A stretch of DNA of 64,000 nucleotides, taken from Pirellulales bacterium. Its GTDB lineage: Bacteria > Planctomycetota > Planctomycetia > Pirellulales > PALSA-1355. Position numbers and translations under genes: made by a program. Of this stretch, positions 19,600 through 34,032 are shown one piece after another. The stretch is from the NCBI GenBank assembly GCA_963733035.1, contig CAVTBU010000006.1, positions 96,001-160,000 on the forward strand. Direction: 5' to 3'. A model generated the notes under the pieces. It did not search any database and was not told the DNA's origin. It was given only the letters and a program-made list of their open reading frames with translations. Position 1 is the stretch's first letter. Every line of letters begins with the position of its first letter.

Positions 19600-21528
19600 C
19601 TAATCGGGCAAGCTGATCGCGACCAGTTTGCGATCCATGGTGGCCAGCACCACAAACTGTTTGCCGTCGACCATATAGGTCATCGGCGTGCCGCTGGGAG
19701 CGGCCGGCAATTCGACCTCGGCCACGATCTTGCCGTCGCTCTTGTCAAAGGCGCGCAGCACGTTGCTGCCGCCGCCGGAGCGTCCGCCGCGTCCGCCGGC
19801 GCCCTGGCCGATGAACAGCAGGGTCTTGGTGAGCACCGGTCCACCGCCACCGCTGCCGAGCGGGCCAACGTCTTTGCCGACCATTTCGCTGACCTGCTTG
19901 CGGGGGCCGTCGCCGTGCGGAACCATCCAGGCGTGATCGCCGCTATTGAGGTCAATCGCCGTGATGCGTCCCCAAGGCGGCTTGAAGAGCGGCAGGCCCT
20001 TGGGACCCGTGACCGGCTGGCCGAAAGCGCCGCCGCCGCGGATGAACGTCAGGTTGCTGCGGGCGGGATCGGGACGAGTCAGGATGACGGAAATTGGCGA
20101 GGAGATCGAGGGGACGTAGAGCATCGAGCTGTCGGGATCGAATGCCGCGCCCCACCAGTTCGCGCCGCCGGCCCAGCCCGGCAGATTCAGCGTTCCCTTT
20201 TCCGTGGGCGGGGTGAAGATCGGACCGTGATCGTACTTGTCGAGAATCTGCTTCGCTTCGGCGTGCAGCTCGGGAGTAAAGTCGATCAGGTTTTCCTCGG
20301 TCGCACCCTGAGTTTCGTAAGGGGCGGGCTTGGTCGGAAAAGGTTGCGTCGGCGAGAGTTGTTCGCCGGGCACTTTGCTGGGCGGCACCTCGCGCTCTTC
20401 GATGGGCCACACCGGCTTGCCGTTGGTGCGATCGAACACGAAGGTGAAGCCGGTTTTGGTGATCTGGGCCACGGCCTTGATCGGCTTGCCCTCGACGGTG
20501 ATGTCGCACAGGATCGGCGCCGCCGGCAGATCGTAATCCCAGACGCCGTGATGCACGGTCTGGAAATGCCAAATGCGTTTGCCCGTTTCGGCGTCGACGC
20601 ACACCAGCGACTCGGCAAACAGGTTGTCGCCCAGCCGCTGACCGCCGTACCAGTCGTTGGTTGGCGTGCTGAGCGGAAGGTACATGTAGCCGAGTTCTTC
20701 ATCGGCGCTCATCAGCGTCCAGACGTTGGTGTTGCCGGTGTATTCCCACGAGCCGTCCTTCCACGTGTCGTTACCGAACTCGCCTTCGCGCGGAATCGTG
20801 TGGAAGATCCAGGCCGGCTTGCCGGTACGGACGTCGAACGCCTGCACGTCCCCCTTCGGCGCCTCCTTCATTTGCGGTCCGTCGGAGATTAACGCGCCAA
20901 CGGCCACGACGTCGCGACAGACGATGGGGGGCGAGGTGACGGTGTAATTGCGCGGCGCGTCGGCGCGGTCGATGGCCGTCGTAAGATTCACGCGACCGTC
21001 TTCACCGAACTGGCTGATGCCCTTGCCGGACTTGGCATCGATGGCATACAGAAAGCCGTCGTGCGCGGCCAGGAAGATGCGTTCCTCTTTACCGTCGGTC
21101 CAGTATTCCACGCCGCGATGGACGAAGCCCAGGTTCGTGGGCCGGCCGGCCTTGTACGACTCGGGATTAAAGACCCACAGCGTATCGCCGGTGCGGGCAT
21201 CGATGCACGCGACCTGCGCCAGCGAGGTGCTGGTGTAGAGCTTGCCGCCGACCATCAGCGGAGTGTATTCGTGGGCAAAGGAAAACAGTCGCCGGTTTTC
21301 GTCCTGGATCGGAATGTCGGGCGACTCCCAGGTCCAGGCGATGGCCAGCTTGCCGGCATTCTGGGCATTGATCTGATCGAGTGGCGAATACTTGGTGCTG
21401 CCCGAGTCACCGCTGTAGTGACGCCACTCGCCGACGGGGTCAGCGGCCTTGGCGCTTGCGGCTGAGCCTAGGAGCAAACAGAACAAGAGCGGGCCGGATA
21501 GCGCAGGCGTTAAACTTCTGGCAGTCAT
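19600..21528 (-). CDS. PQQ-dependent dehydrogenase (soluble quinoprotein glucose dehydrogenase-like)
   Basis: Signal peptide; [46 protein letters not shown] and GTPMTY motifs. Confidence 0.9.
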   Translation of the reverse strand: MTARSLTPALSGPLLFCLLLGSAASAKAADPVGEWRHYSGDSGSTKYSPLDQINAQNAGKLAIAWTWESPDIPIQDENRRLFSFAHEYTPLMVGGKLYTSTSLAQVACIDARTGDTLWVFNPESYKAGRPTNLGFVHRGVEYWTDGKEERIFLAAHDGFLYAIDAKSGKGISQFGEDGRVNLTTAIDRADAPRNYTVTSPPIVCRDVVAVGALISDGPQMKEAPKGDVQAFDVRTGKPAWIFHTIPREGEFGNDTWKDGSWEYTGNTNVWTLMSADEELGYMYLPLSTPTNDWYGGQRLGDNLFAESLVCVDAETGKRIWHFQTVHHGVWDYDLPAAPILCDITVEGKPIKAVAQITKTGFTFVFDRTNGKPVWPIEEREVPPSKVPGEQLSPTQPFPTKPAPYETQGATEENLIDFTPELHAEAKQILDKYDHGPIFTPPTEKGTLNLPGWAGGANWWGAAFDPDSSMLYVPSISSPISVILTRPDPARSNLTFIRGGGAFGQPVTGPKGLPLFKPPWGRITAIDLNSGDHAWMVPHGDGPRKQVSEMVGKDVGPLGSGGGGPVLTKTLLFIGQGAGGRGGRSGGGSNVLRAFDKSDGKIVAEVELPAAPSGTPMTYMVDGKQFVVLATMDRKLVAISLPD

Positions 21529-21745
21529 GATTCTTCGAGCCCCTGGTTGGTCGGCGTTTTTCGGGCGAAGCGGCGGAACCGCCGCGAGCAAAAATTATGA
21601 CCTACCGACAAACCGCCATCAATCCACGCAGCAGGCTTTTCGGCCGATCTCGCTGCTGGCTGCGCACGACGGGATCTTGCCCGCGACTGGCGGCAACACA
21701 GGCAAAGTGCCCGACAGAGGGGCATGCGCTGGGTGACGCGGCGTG

Positions 21746-23500
<1,755 letters not shown>

Positions 23501-23892
23501 GGAGTCTTCACAATTGGCCAAACGCGGTGAAACCACCCCCTGCAAAAAAGCTTGCCAACCGGAAGCTAGTCTCTGCCGCATGCGCTGGACCCCCGCCCGC
23601 AGGAATTCTTGCCCCGACCTTCGTGCCAGCAAAAACCTAGCATACGGCCGGGATTTGAGGGGCGTACCGCCAGCGATCAGCTTGCTGGCCGTTTGACCAG
23701 CATGTCGATCGCGCGGCCCTCGCCCGCCGCGAGGTAGATTTGATAGGTCGCGCCGCAGACGTCCTTGGCTAGGCAACCGGAGCAAGCGAAGCACGCCGCC
23801 ACGCGTTGAATCGGCTTGGCACACGAAGTGCGTCCTTCTACGAACCAGACACTTCGTGATCCATTGACTCCTCATGCAAGGAGACCCGAAAG

Positions 23893-24894
23893 ATGAGACT
23901 CAATTCTCACTCAGGTGGCTCCTGCCTGGTGCTGTTGGCCGTGGGCGGACTGCTGTTGGCGGCGCCACGGCTAGCGAGCGCCAAAGCAGGCGAGCCACCA
24001 CAGGAAGAAATCGACACGCTGACCCAGGCGGAGAATGTCCAAAGCGAAGCGGAGCAGGCGCCGCAAGACAGCGCGACGCTGCCATCGAAAGCGGCGGTCG
24101 AGGAATCTGAAACATCTGCCCTGCGGGGCTTGACTGGCGTCGCAGGTTTGCGCGGCGTCGCCATCACGCCACGTCGCTTGGGCTTGAAGTTCAAACGGGG
24201 CGATCAGGGTTTGCAAATCGAGCAGGTATTCAAAGGCAGCGCCGCTGACAAGCTCGGATTTCGCCAGGGCGATCAGGTTGTTTCCGTCGGAGGACGGCCG
24301 GTTTCAAACGGCCAGCAATTCGCGCTCGCCATGCAACACGCGGTGCACGCCGGGGCTCGTGACGACCGTTTGAGCATACCTGCGGTGGTTCGCCGTGACG
24401 GCGCCGAGCGCACGTTGCATTGGACGAATGGGACCCTGGCCGTGGCCGGCTACGGAACGCTGCTGACGCGATATGGCTATTACCTGCCGCCACAAATCGT
24501 GACGAGCTATCGTGACTCCGGCGACGGCCCGTTCATTCCGGGCAATCCTGACAGCGGTTACCTGGGCGTGGAACTCGATCCACGGTTTCGGACCGCGATT
24601 GTCTTGCGGGTGTTGCCGGGCACGGCAGCCGAACGAGCCGGTTTGCAAGAGGGAGATCATATCTGGGCGATCAACAATCATCGTATCGATTCGACCAACG
24701 AACTGATTTACTGGCTGGGACGGATGATGCCAGGCGACCAGCTGGAAGTGCATTTTGATCGGTCGCACCGCGTGGAGGTCACGCTCGGCAAGCGCGCTCA
24801 GGCAGACACGACGGCGACACCGGAAGCGCGAACGAGCGAATCAGCTCAGCCCGAACGTACGAGTTCGCCCGGCACGCGGAATGGTTCTCCCTGA
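23893..24894 (+). CDS. Secreted tandem PDZ-domain protein
   Basis: Signal-like N-terminus; LGLKF...[20 protein letters not shown] and YLGVEL...[19 protein letters not shown]. Confidence 0.85.
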   Translation: MRLNSHSGGSCLVLLAVGGLLLAAPRLASAKAGEPPQEEIDTLTQAENVQSEAEQAPQDSATLPSKAAVEESETSALRGLTGVAGLRGVAITPRRLGLKFKRGDQGLQIEQVFKGSAADKLGFRQGDQVVSVGGRPVSNGQQFALAMQHAVHAGARDDRLSIPAVVRRDGAERTLHWTNGTLAVAGYGTLLTRYGYYLPPQIVTSYRDSGDGPFIPGNPDSGYLGVELDPRFRTAIVLRVLPGTAAERAGLQEGDHIWAINNHRIDSTNELIYWLGRMMPGDQLEVHFDRSHRVEVTLGKRAQADTTATPEARTSESAQPERTSSPGTRNGSP

Positions 24895-25131
24895 ATCGGG
24901 CGAAATGACGACGTCGCGGCGCGCGAAACGAAACCACGCGCGGAATGTCGCGGTATAAGCGGTAAGCACGGGCATCTCGCGGCCAGCACGGGCTTGGTTC
25001 CCGATGCGGGATAGCGCGCATCAAAATGTCAAGTTCGCGCTCGTGATCACGAGTGACGTTGTCGTTAGAATATGCGGCACGGAAAATTCGTCGGCACGCA
25101 ATTTCCCAGGTCGCCCAGCGCGGAGGAACCC

Positions 25132-26118
25132 ATGCGCACGCTGCTGCTCGCTTTGTGGATCACGCTTTCACTTGGAGCGGTTGGCATTGCGGGGAATGAA
25201 GAGACTGATCCGCGCGGGTTGGCCAAGGTCGTGGCGCCGTTCGTGGACAATCAAACCGTGGCGGTGTTTCACGTCGATCTGGCGACGTTTGACGCGCTGG
25301 AGACGGTGGACTTGCTGGCGGAGTTCCTGCACATGGATCCCGCGGACCGAGATCGCCTGCAAGCCGACGTCGCGCCGATCAGCGTGGTGGCGCAGACCCT
25401 GTCGGCCGATGCACACGCCGACGTGTTCGCGGTGGTGAGTGTTTCGGATCTGGCGAGCTTGCCGCTGTTTTTCGTGTCGCCGCTCGACCCGGGCGCTGTC
25501 TCGCCGCCGATCGCAGTGGAACTGCGACGCGCGTTGGCCGGTCAGTTCAGGGCGGAAGTGGCTACCGAAGAGATTGCCGGCGCCCTGGTGACTGGCAGCA
25601 CGCGGACGATCGAGCGGCTCAAGCAGAAGTCCGCCGTCGAACGGCCCGAGATCGCGGCCGCCTTTGCGGCCGCCGGGGAAACGGCAGCGCAGATTCTGAT
25701 CGTGCCGACACCCGATGCGCGGCGGGCGATCGAATTGTTGATGCCCAAACTGCCTGAATCACTGGGGGGCGGCCGAACGAGCCAGATTACCAGGCATCTG
25801 AAGTGGGCGGCCGTGGGCGTGAATCTGCCGCCGGGAGATACATGCGTGCGCGTCGTCGTGGAGGCCGAGAACTCCACATCGGCCGAGTCGCTTGTCGATT
25901 CGTTTTCCGCGCTGATCAAAGGCTTGGAGGATCGGCGTGTCGACGGCAAAGATGCTGTCGAGTTGGACAACCTGACGGCGCGGCTCGCTCCACAAGCCGA
26001 CGGTGCGCGGCTGACGGTCGAAGTGTTTCCCGAGAGCGGTGAGGCGGCAAAGTTCGGGGTGCTATTGTCGCCGTTATTGAAAGTGGCCCGCGGTGCACTG
26101 CCGGTGAAGGGCCCGTAG
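25132..26118 (+). CDS. Secreted hypothetical protein (planctomycete type)
   Basis: RBS GGAGG; signal peptide; VAPFVDNQTVAVFHVDL start resembles the N-terminal half of long DUF1559-fused proteins, but no DUF1559 domain follows. Confidence 0.7.
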   Translation: MRTLLLALWITLSLGAVGIAGNEETDPRGLAKVVAPFVDNQTVAVFHVDLATFDALETVDLLAEFLHMDPADRDRLQADVAPISVVAQTLSADAHADVFAVVSVSDLASLPLFFVSPLDPGAVSPPIAVELRRALAGQFRAEVATEEIAGALVTGSTRTIERLKQKSAVERPEIAAAFAAAGETAAQILIVPTPDARRAIELLMPKLPESLGGGRTSQITRHLKWAAVGVNLPPGDTCVRVVVEAENSTSAESLVDSFSALIKGLEDRRVDGKDAVELDNLTARLAPQADGARLTVEVFPESGEAAKFGVLLSPLLKVARGALPVKGP

Positions 26119-26401
26119 TCGGCGTTTCGCGCGATGGTTCACGTGCTCGTCGTGTCAACCTTGCGGTAGTGGTGTTTGCCGCAGGTATCGAGTGGTCGAT
26201 TGCTGCGATCTGGCCTGGCCTAAATAAATCGCCATTGATGCCGAAAACACCGGATAATCACCGGCCGCGAAGTCGCTCGACGTCTTTTTGGGGGTCCCGC
26301 GACGGAAAGTTTGTGACGCGAGCCCCCGCGCGGACTACATATTGACAGTGGCCGTCCGCCGGAGGACGCTGCCGCGACGGAAGGCTGCGGGAATCGTGCG
26401 C

Positions 26402-29400
26402 ATGGAATATCTGTTTGGCGGTTTGTGCCTGCTCGTCGCGGTGACTGTCGTGGGGCACGGGCTGTGGGTACTGTTTTCGCTCCCCTTTCGCGACGCGAGC
26501 ACCGCGTCGCAGGGTGGCTTGTGGCCCAGCACGTTGCCGCGCCGCTGTCCACGGTGCATGCTGCCGCTGGTCGATTCCTGGTGTTACGTATGTCATTGGC
26601 CGGCTCCTGCCGGATCGGAGCCTCCCAACACATTGCAGGCCATCAATGCGCTGACGGCGCAGCTCGAACAACTCGAGCGGTTGGGCGCGCTCGATGTCGA
26701 GACGGGTCAGCAGATGGCCGCCACGTTGGCGGCCGCGCGGTCGCGGCTGCGAGAGGTGGCTGCCGGAAAAGAGACAGCCAGCGAGCCTGCGGTAATGGCC
26801 GAAGCCGCGGACGAACCCCTCGTCGCGGCCTCGGCAAGCGCGCCGCCGCCGGTGATGACAACCTTGTCGAGCAGGGCTGAATCACACGCCGAACCTTCCC
26901 CTGAACGTTCCGCGGCGCAGCGCGTCGCCGACTACGTTTCCCGATCGCAATCGCCCTCGTCGGGTTGTCGAGCCGGTCGTACCACGCCGATCGTGGACCG
27001 ACTGGCTGGCTGCCTTCATGGAAGAACGCAACATTCGCTGGGGCGAACTCGTGGGCGGGTTGTTGATTGTCGGTTGCTCAATCGCATTGGTGATCAGCTT
27101 TTGGGCCCAGATCGAATCGCGTGGGTGGCTCAAGTTTTCGCTGTTCAACGGCGTGACGGCCGCCATCTTTGGCGTGGGCTTCTACAGCGAACATCGCTGG
27201 CGTCTCAAAACCACTAGCCGGGGATTGCTGACGATCGGCTGTCTGCTGGTGCCGCTGAATTTTCTGGCCATTGCCGCGCTGTCGAGCACGCCGGGCAGCG
27301 GCGAGCTGCTGACGATTGTCGGCGAAGTGTTGTCGGCCGGGTTGTTCGCGGGGCTGGTGTACTTTGCCGGACGGGTCCTGATCGAGCGCGACGAAATAGC
27401 ACTCACCGCCGGATTGATAGTGCCGGCGCTCTCGCAATTGCTCGTAAGGCGGTTCGTCCATCCGGGCGCCGAATTACCGATGCTGGTGGCTATCGCGTGC
27501 GTGCCCACGCTCTCTTACCTGGCGGCTACCTTTTGGCACTTGCGATCGTTGAGCGCCGAGTTGATGCCGGACGAGGCGCGGGTGAACGGCCTGTTTCGGT
27601 TTCTCGGCCTGGCGACCTTCGCCGTCATCTTGCCGCTGGCATTGTTGCTGTACAAAACGGGCCAGCCGGTTCAGACGCTACGCCAGATGCCCGCCTTGGC
27701 GGCTCTGTTGGGTTTCGTGCCGCTGTGCGCGGGACTCTTGCTGTGGCAGAAGTTGGCCGGCCGCTCGCTGGTTAGTCTGAGAACGGCGGGCACCAGCGTG
27801 GCGGCCTTAGGGGCGATGGTTACGCTGTCGGGCCTCGTCATTGGCTGGCCCGAGCCAAGCGCGCTATTGCCCGTGGCATTGCTTGAATTCGCGATCTTTA
27901 CGTTTGTCGCCTGGCGATTCGCATTGCCGGCAGCGCACCTGCTGGCGGCACCGTGCCTTGGTTTGGCCTTTCTGCTTGCTGGACATCTGCTGGGCGGTCA
28001 GATCACCTGGACAGGCATGGATTCTCGCACGTTGGCCGCGGCCATCGTGAGCGGTGAGAGCGGCATGCTGCTGGCGCCGCTCGTGTTGGCGTACGCTGGC
28101 GCTACCCTTCTCGCGCTGCGATTCGAGGCTGTCGCGCGGCGCGAACTCGGCGCGGCGACCTGTGGTCTGATGGGCACAAGCGTTGCGCTTGTGAGTTGGT
28201 TCGGGTTTGGCCCGCGCGGTGTGCCGCTGGGAACCGAATGGGTCTATTTGCTGTACGCGGTCGGCTGTCTGGCCGTCAGTTCGCGAGTACGCTACGCCAC
28301 GCCGGCCTGGATCGGATCGGCGCTGTTGTTGGGCAGCGTGGTACAGGCGGTTGCGTTCCGTTTCGGACCATCGCTGGAGATTGCCCATTCGGCCGTGGGA
28401 GCGTTGCTGCTGTATGCCTCGTTCAGCGCGGCGCTGGCCCTGGCGACGGCCATTCGCGGAATGGTCGTTGCGGACAGTTCGCTGGCGGGAGTTGCCTGGC
28501 GGGCGTCGCTGGTCGTGTCGGCGCTGGCTGCGACGGCGCTGGTGTTGCTCATGCCCGAGACCACTGTCGGTTGGCAGGCGGCGTACTGGTTTTGGGTGTC
28601 GGCGTTGTGGGGAAGCGGCGCTTTGGCGCTCGGCTGGGTTCCGCTGGGCGTGATGTTTCAGGCAGCATTGGCCTTGACGGCGATGCTCGCCGCCGTGACG
28701 CCGCTGGCGGACCGTGCGTGGTTCAATCAATCGACGCGACCGTGGCTCGATCCGTGGACGCTGCAAACAGTTGGCCTGGCTTGGGTCGCGCTCAACCTCG
28801 CTTGGACAGCGCTACGAGCCGTGTGTGCGCGACGTGATCGTTTGTTCGCGCCAAATCCGTTGCTGGTGCGCGCTGGCGATTCGCTGGCTTCACCTTGGAT
28901 GGTGGTCGATCGTGTGCTTACGGTGGCGCTGGTGGCCTTGCTCGGCACGCTGGGAGCCTACGCGGCGCTGCCCGGCGTGCTGACCGAGATCATGCCCGTG
29001 AGCAATCCTTCGGCGTTTGACCTCGCTGGCTTGCAGAAGCTTGGTATCTCGCACCAGCACGCGGGCGACTGGGGCAGTTGGGCGCTGCTTGCCGGGTTAC
29101 TGTCGTTGTTGCTGGTGATGCTGCGGTCGCATGCGTCGCACGGATGGATGTACTGCGCGATTCTGGTCACTGCTTGTGGTTGCCCGTTGTTGGCCTCGTG
29201 GTTCGAGGGGCAAAGGGCCGTTGCCAGCGGTTTGGCATGGGGGTCCGGGCTGTGGCTCTTGGCCGGATCGTGGGGAGTTTGGTGCCGCACCGCTGTCGTT
29301 CGATTGGCTGGGCGACTCGGTTGGCCGACGCGGTCGGGCGACGCTCGGGCGCGTCAGGAGTCGACGCTGCTCGTCTTGGTCCTGGGACTGGCAGCGCCAC

Positions 29401-32400
29401 TGGGCCTGGCGCTCATGGTCGCATCAAACGCACTCACCCGCACGCCACACCTGGGGTTGCTCGGTCGTGAAGCGGGGATTTACTGGTTGGGTGCGATTGT
29501 GCTGGTCATGGCGGGCGGTGTCGTGTCGGCGCGCGACCAGGCGGAAGCGCGCGGCAGGGCGGGGGGGAATCGCCCCAATTGGCCCGTCGATAGCGGTGCG
29601 CTGTTGCTGCTATTGGGCGTCATGCCTGTGGTGGCGGTTATGCTCTACCACGTTGCGATGGCCCTCTCGCTAAGTCCGATTGAAGGACCCGGAACGCAGT
29701 CGATTTTCGGCCGACTGGGACTGCCGCTGGCGTATAGCGGTCCTTTACTGTTGATTTCGCTGGCACTGGTGGGCTACGGGCTACGCGAGCGATCGGGCGG
29801 TTTTGCTTTGGCGGGCGGTTTCGCGCTGGGCGGGGCGGCAACGACGGCTTATCTGGTGGCCCATGATTTCGCCCTGATGGAGGTCGGCACTTGGGTTCGC
29901 GTGGCCCAGCTCGATGCCATCGTGGCAGCAGTGTACACCGTCGGTTGGATCGCAATCCCGGCCTGGGACGCGCGGCGCGAGGGACGATATGGTTTGACGG
30001 CGAGCGGGCCGCTGTTCGGGCGCAAGCCCTTGTTGCACCGGTGCTGACGACGCTGCCGCTGGCATGGAGTTGGGCGTCTTTGGTGCGGTATCCGGCGCGC
30101 TATCCCGACGCGGTGGTGCCACCTGAAATCGCCGACGTGTGGGGAGCGATCGGTTTGCTGCTGACGGCGGTGAGCGTTTGGGCCGCGGCCGTTGCGACGG
30201 AGCGGCGGTTAAGCAAGCTAGCCACAAGCACGCTTTTGGTGGCGCTAGCGATCTTTGCCTCGGGCGTTGCCGCGCAGTGGGATGGCGGCACGTGGCTGGC
30301 CTACCACACGCTTTATATCGGCCATGCATCGATTGCCGTAGTGCTGTTAGTTGCAGCGTGGCGCGAGACACGAATGACAATCGAGTCGTCCGACACGCCG
30401 GCAATCGAAGACACGCTGGCACCGACCGGGGCAATGTGGCCGCTGCTGCAAACCGCCATCTTTCTAGGGCTCGCCGTGCGCCAGGCAAGCGACTATCTGT
30501 GGTGGGCGGTCGGTGGGTACGTTCTGAGCGGATTGGTGCTGCTGCCGGCGCTGGCCTGGCTCTACCAACGGCGGCGCTATTTGTATTTCGCCGCGCCGCT
30601 GGTGAACCTGGCGGGCATCGCCACCGTGGCCGAGTGGAACTGGATTGCGGATTTGCCGGAGCTGCTGTACTGGAACATCGTGCTGTTGGCCGTGCCGGCG
30701 CCGGGCTGGCTGTTGGTCGAACAGATGTCGATCCGGTGGCGAACGTTCAAGCCGTGGTACAGTCTGACGCCCATGCATCGTACGGCCACGCGGCTGGCGG
30801 TCGTCATCCTCACGCTTGTGGTTGGTTTCGGATTGCTCGGTGACGCCACGGGCGCCGGCAAGCCTTTGCCGCTGTTTGCGTTAAACTGGATCGCACTGGG
30901 AGCGACATTCGTGGCGGCCTTGGCTTGTCTTTACGACGCTGATGCTCGCGACGCGGTGGCCGTGTTGTATGTGCTGGGGCTCGTGGCTTGCGGCGTGCTG
31001 CTCGATGGCTTCAATCTCTCGCCGCCTTGGTTGCTGTGGACCGGGACGATGGTGCTGGCCGCCTACGCGCTGGCGACGAGTTATCTGTGGAGTCGACGCC
31101 AGGAGCTGCAAGACATTTCCCAGGCCCTCGGTATTCCCCGAGGCAACCGCGGCGAGATGGCCGGTCTGGGGTGGCTGGTGCCGTGTAACACGCTGTTGAT
31201 TGTGGCCGTCGTGGCGATGACGTTCGTCGTCGAGTTGACGAATCTGCGGACGGATCTGCGCGTGCTGGCTTCGCAAGCGACGCTCGTGCAGGTGCTCAGC
31301 TTGGGATTGCTCGCGCGGGGCGAGCGTCGCGGTGTGTTGCAGTTCGCGGCACTCTCGCTGGGGGCAGTCGGAGCCGTGTTCTTTGGTTGGGGATGGCTCG
31401 ACCCGCGGTCGTCGTTCACGCTCTTGCATGCGCTAGTTGTCGTGGCGGCTGCGACCGCCGGCATGGCGGCGTTCTACGGGCTGGGACTGTCGAAGCTGCT
31501 ATCCGAGATGAATGAATGGCTTCTAGCGGCGCAGAAGCTGATGCCCCCGCTGGCCGCAGTGAGCGGCGGGACGGTGGTGGCTACACTGGGCCTCGAAGTC
31601 TATCAGTTCGCCACGTATGGCGCGGTGGCAATGGCCTGGCCGGCGGTGATCGTGGTGGGAGTCACGCTGGCAGGACTTGCCTTGGCGTTGTTGGCCGCGG
31701 CGGTCCTGCCGGGACGCGATCCGCTACAACTCTCGGAGAAAGCCCGCTCGGCGTACGTTTATGCCGCGGAAGTCATTTTGGCCCTGTTGTTCGTGCATAT
31801 CCGCGTGACGTGTCCCTGGCTTTTCTCCGGATTCTTCCAGCAGTTCTGGCCGCTGATCGTGATGGCGATTGCCTATCTTGGCGTGGGAGCCGGCGAGCTG
31901 CTTCGTCGCCGCGAGCAGCACGTGTTGTCCGGGCCGCTGGAGAATACCGGTGCCATGCTGCCTGTGCTTCCGGTGATCGGGTTTTGGGTGGCCGACTCGC
32001 GCGTGGATTATTCGCTGTTGCTGTTCGGCGTGGGCGTGCTGTATGCGGGCCTGTCGATTGCGCGGCGATCGTTCGGCTTTGGTGTTTTGGCGGCCGTGGC
32101 GGCCAACGGCGGCTTGTGGTACCTGCTCAATCGGCAGGACGGCTGGGGTTTTCTGGCGCACCCGCAGGTGTGGCTAATTCCACCCGCCTTGTGCGTGTTG
32201 GCGGCGGCCTATCTCAACCGGCGGCAACTGACAGACGGGCAGATGACGGCCATCCGCTATTTTACTTCGATGGCGATTTACCTTTCGTCGACGGCCGACA
32301 TCTTCTTGAACGGCGTCGCTCAGAATCCTTGGTTGCCGATGGTACTCGCGGTCCTGTCGATCGCGGGCATCCTGTCGGGCATCTTGTTGCGAGTCCGTGC

Positions 32401-32605
32401 GTTTCTGTTCTTGGGCACGGGTTTCCTGGCGCTGGCGATCTTTACCATCATCTGGTACGCGGCGGTTGACTTGGATCAGACCTGGATCTGGTATGCAAGC
32501 GGCATCATTCTGGGCATCCTACTGCTGGTGCTGTTTGCCGTCTTTGAAAAGAAACAACAGGACTTGCTCGAAGTGGTCGAGCGACTGAAGCAGTGGGAAG
32601 GTTAG
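26402..32605 (+). CDS. Giant polytopic membrane protein (~2060 aa) with N-terminal Zn-ribbon-like motif; split by frameshifts near 26970 and 30020
   Basis: Three overlapping same-strand ORFs (26288..27217, 27018..30047, 29891..32605) that are continuously hydrophobic; CPRC...CYVC near the N-terminus; MEERNIRWGELVGGLLIVGCSIAL block. Confidence 0.75.
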
Positions 32606-32667
32606 CGTGGCGCCGCTGACCGACACCCGGCATGCACCACTTGGGAAGCGCGGCGACCGGGCGACTG

Positions 32668-33690
32668 TTAAAAGTGAGGTCGTGCGGGGTGATGGACCGC
32701 GGTGGGCGCTTGCCGACGGTGTCGTGGCCGTACGACGTGCGTGGCCAACCCGCAGCGTTCTAACAGCCAAATGACCCAGAAGGTGCCGTCGAGTTCCCAC
32801 CAGCGATGGGAATTCGTGGCGCTGGCCGGGTCGGCATGATGATTGTTGTGCCAGCCTTCGCCGCTCGTGATAAACGCCACAAACCAATTGTTGCGGCTGT
32901 TTTCCTGCGTCTCGTAGGTGCGGTATCCGTGCATATGGCTGAGCGAGTTGACGCTCCACGTGATGTGCCAGACGCACACCGTGCGCAGGAAGACTCCCCA
33001 AAACAGGAAGCTCAACCCGAACTGCACACCACCCAGCGCCGTGCCGGTGCTGATCGAGCCGGCCACCAATCCCGCCGTGAAGTACAAGGCCGCGTGCCCG
33101 AGGTAGATGTACACGCCCAGCATGGTGCGCTGCAGCCGCATGTAGAACGGATCGCGCAGGACGTCGCGGGCGTAGCGGTCGTAGGCGCTGAAGCAGCGGA
33201 CGTCGTGATTCTCGACGAGCAGCCAGCCAATATGGCCCCACAAGAAACTCACCAACGGGCTGTGCGGGTCGGGGGTACAATCCGACTCGTTGTGGTGCAT
33301 GCGGTGGGTGGCGACCCAGCTTCCCGGCGCGTCTTCCATGCAGCACAGCGCGACGACCGTTAGGGCGTGTTCGAGCCACAGCGGGCATTGGAAACTGCGG
33401 TGTGTCAGCAGGCGATGGTAGGCAATGTTGATGCCCAGCCCGCCGTAAAAGTAAATGCCAGCGACGAGCAGTACGACGCCGGTCCAGCTAAACAGCCAGG
33501 GCCACAAACAAGCCAGTGCCAACAGGTGAATCGCGACGATCGGCACGGCATAGCGCCAGGCGATTCTCTTGCCGGTGGTCGACGGCCGCTCGAGCCTGGA
33601 CGTCCGCGGCGCTGAACCGAGTGCGTTGTGATTGACGGGCGCAACGGGACCTTCGGCCACGTTCGCCCGTGGGGCCTGCAGAGCATCCAT
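32668..33690 (-). CDS. Acyl-CoA/fatty acid desaturase (delta-9 type)
   Basis: His boxes HRLLTH, HRMHH and GEGWHNNHH; DPHSP; WSVNSLSH. Confidence 0.95.
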   Translation of the reverse strand: MDALQAPRANVAEGPVAPVNHNALGSAPRTSRLERPSTTGKRIAWRYAVPIVAIHLLALACLWPWLFSWTGVVLLVAGIYFYGGLGINIAYHRLLTHRSFQCPLWLEHALTVVALCCMEDAPGSWVATHRMHHNESDCTPDPHSPLVSFLWGHIGWLLVENHDVRCFSAYDRYARDVLRDPFYMRLQRTMLGVYIYLGHAALYFTAGLVAGSISTGTALGGVQFGLSFLFWGVFLRTVCVWHITWSVNSLSHMHGYRTYETQENSRNNWFVAFITSGEGWHNNHHADPASATNSHRWWELDGTFWVIWLLERCGLATHVVRPRHRRQAPTAVHHPARPHF

Positions 33691-34032
33691 GTCTTGTGCT
33701 TTCGAGCAGCAGCCGTGCTCGGCGTCTGCAAAAAGATTGTTTGTTAGGCACGCCCCTCAAACTGCGATCATAGAGGACCGCTTGCTTGAGAGCGAGCACT
33801 TTGCGCACCGTGAGGGATCATAAGCGCCGCGTAAGTTGGCCGTGCCAACAACATGCTGGTCGCAATTCGCCCGCTGTTGGTGGCAGCAGTGTTTCCCTCG
33901 ATACCTCAGCTTCCCAGAGTGACGCAGATGGGGCAGGCGGGGTGGTTTGGGGGCTGAGATAAAAGCTCGCGTATGGAGCGCCGATCAAAATGACAAGTTT
34001 GTTACCAAGCTCGCTGCCGGCGCATTGGTGAT

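Noticed and set aside
19321..20892. 523-aa plus-strand ORF (and similar long ORFs at 17449..18567, 43353..44564, 62176..63450)
   Set aside because: Antisense shadows of well-supported genes.
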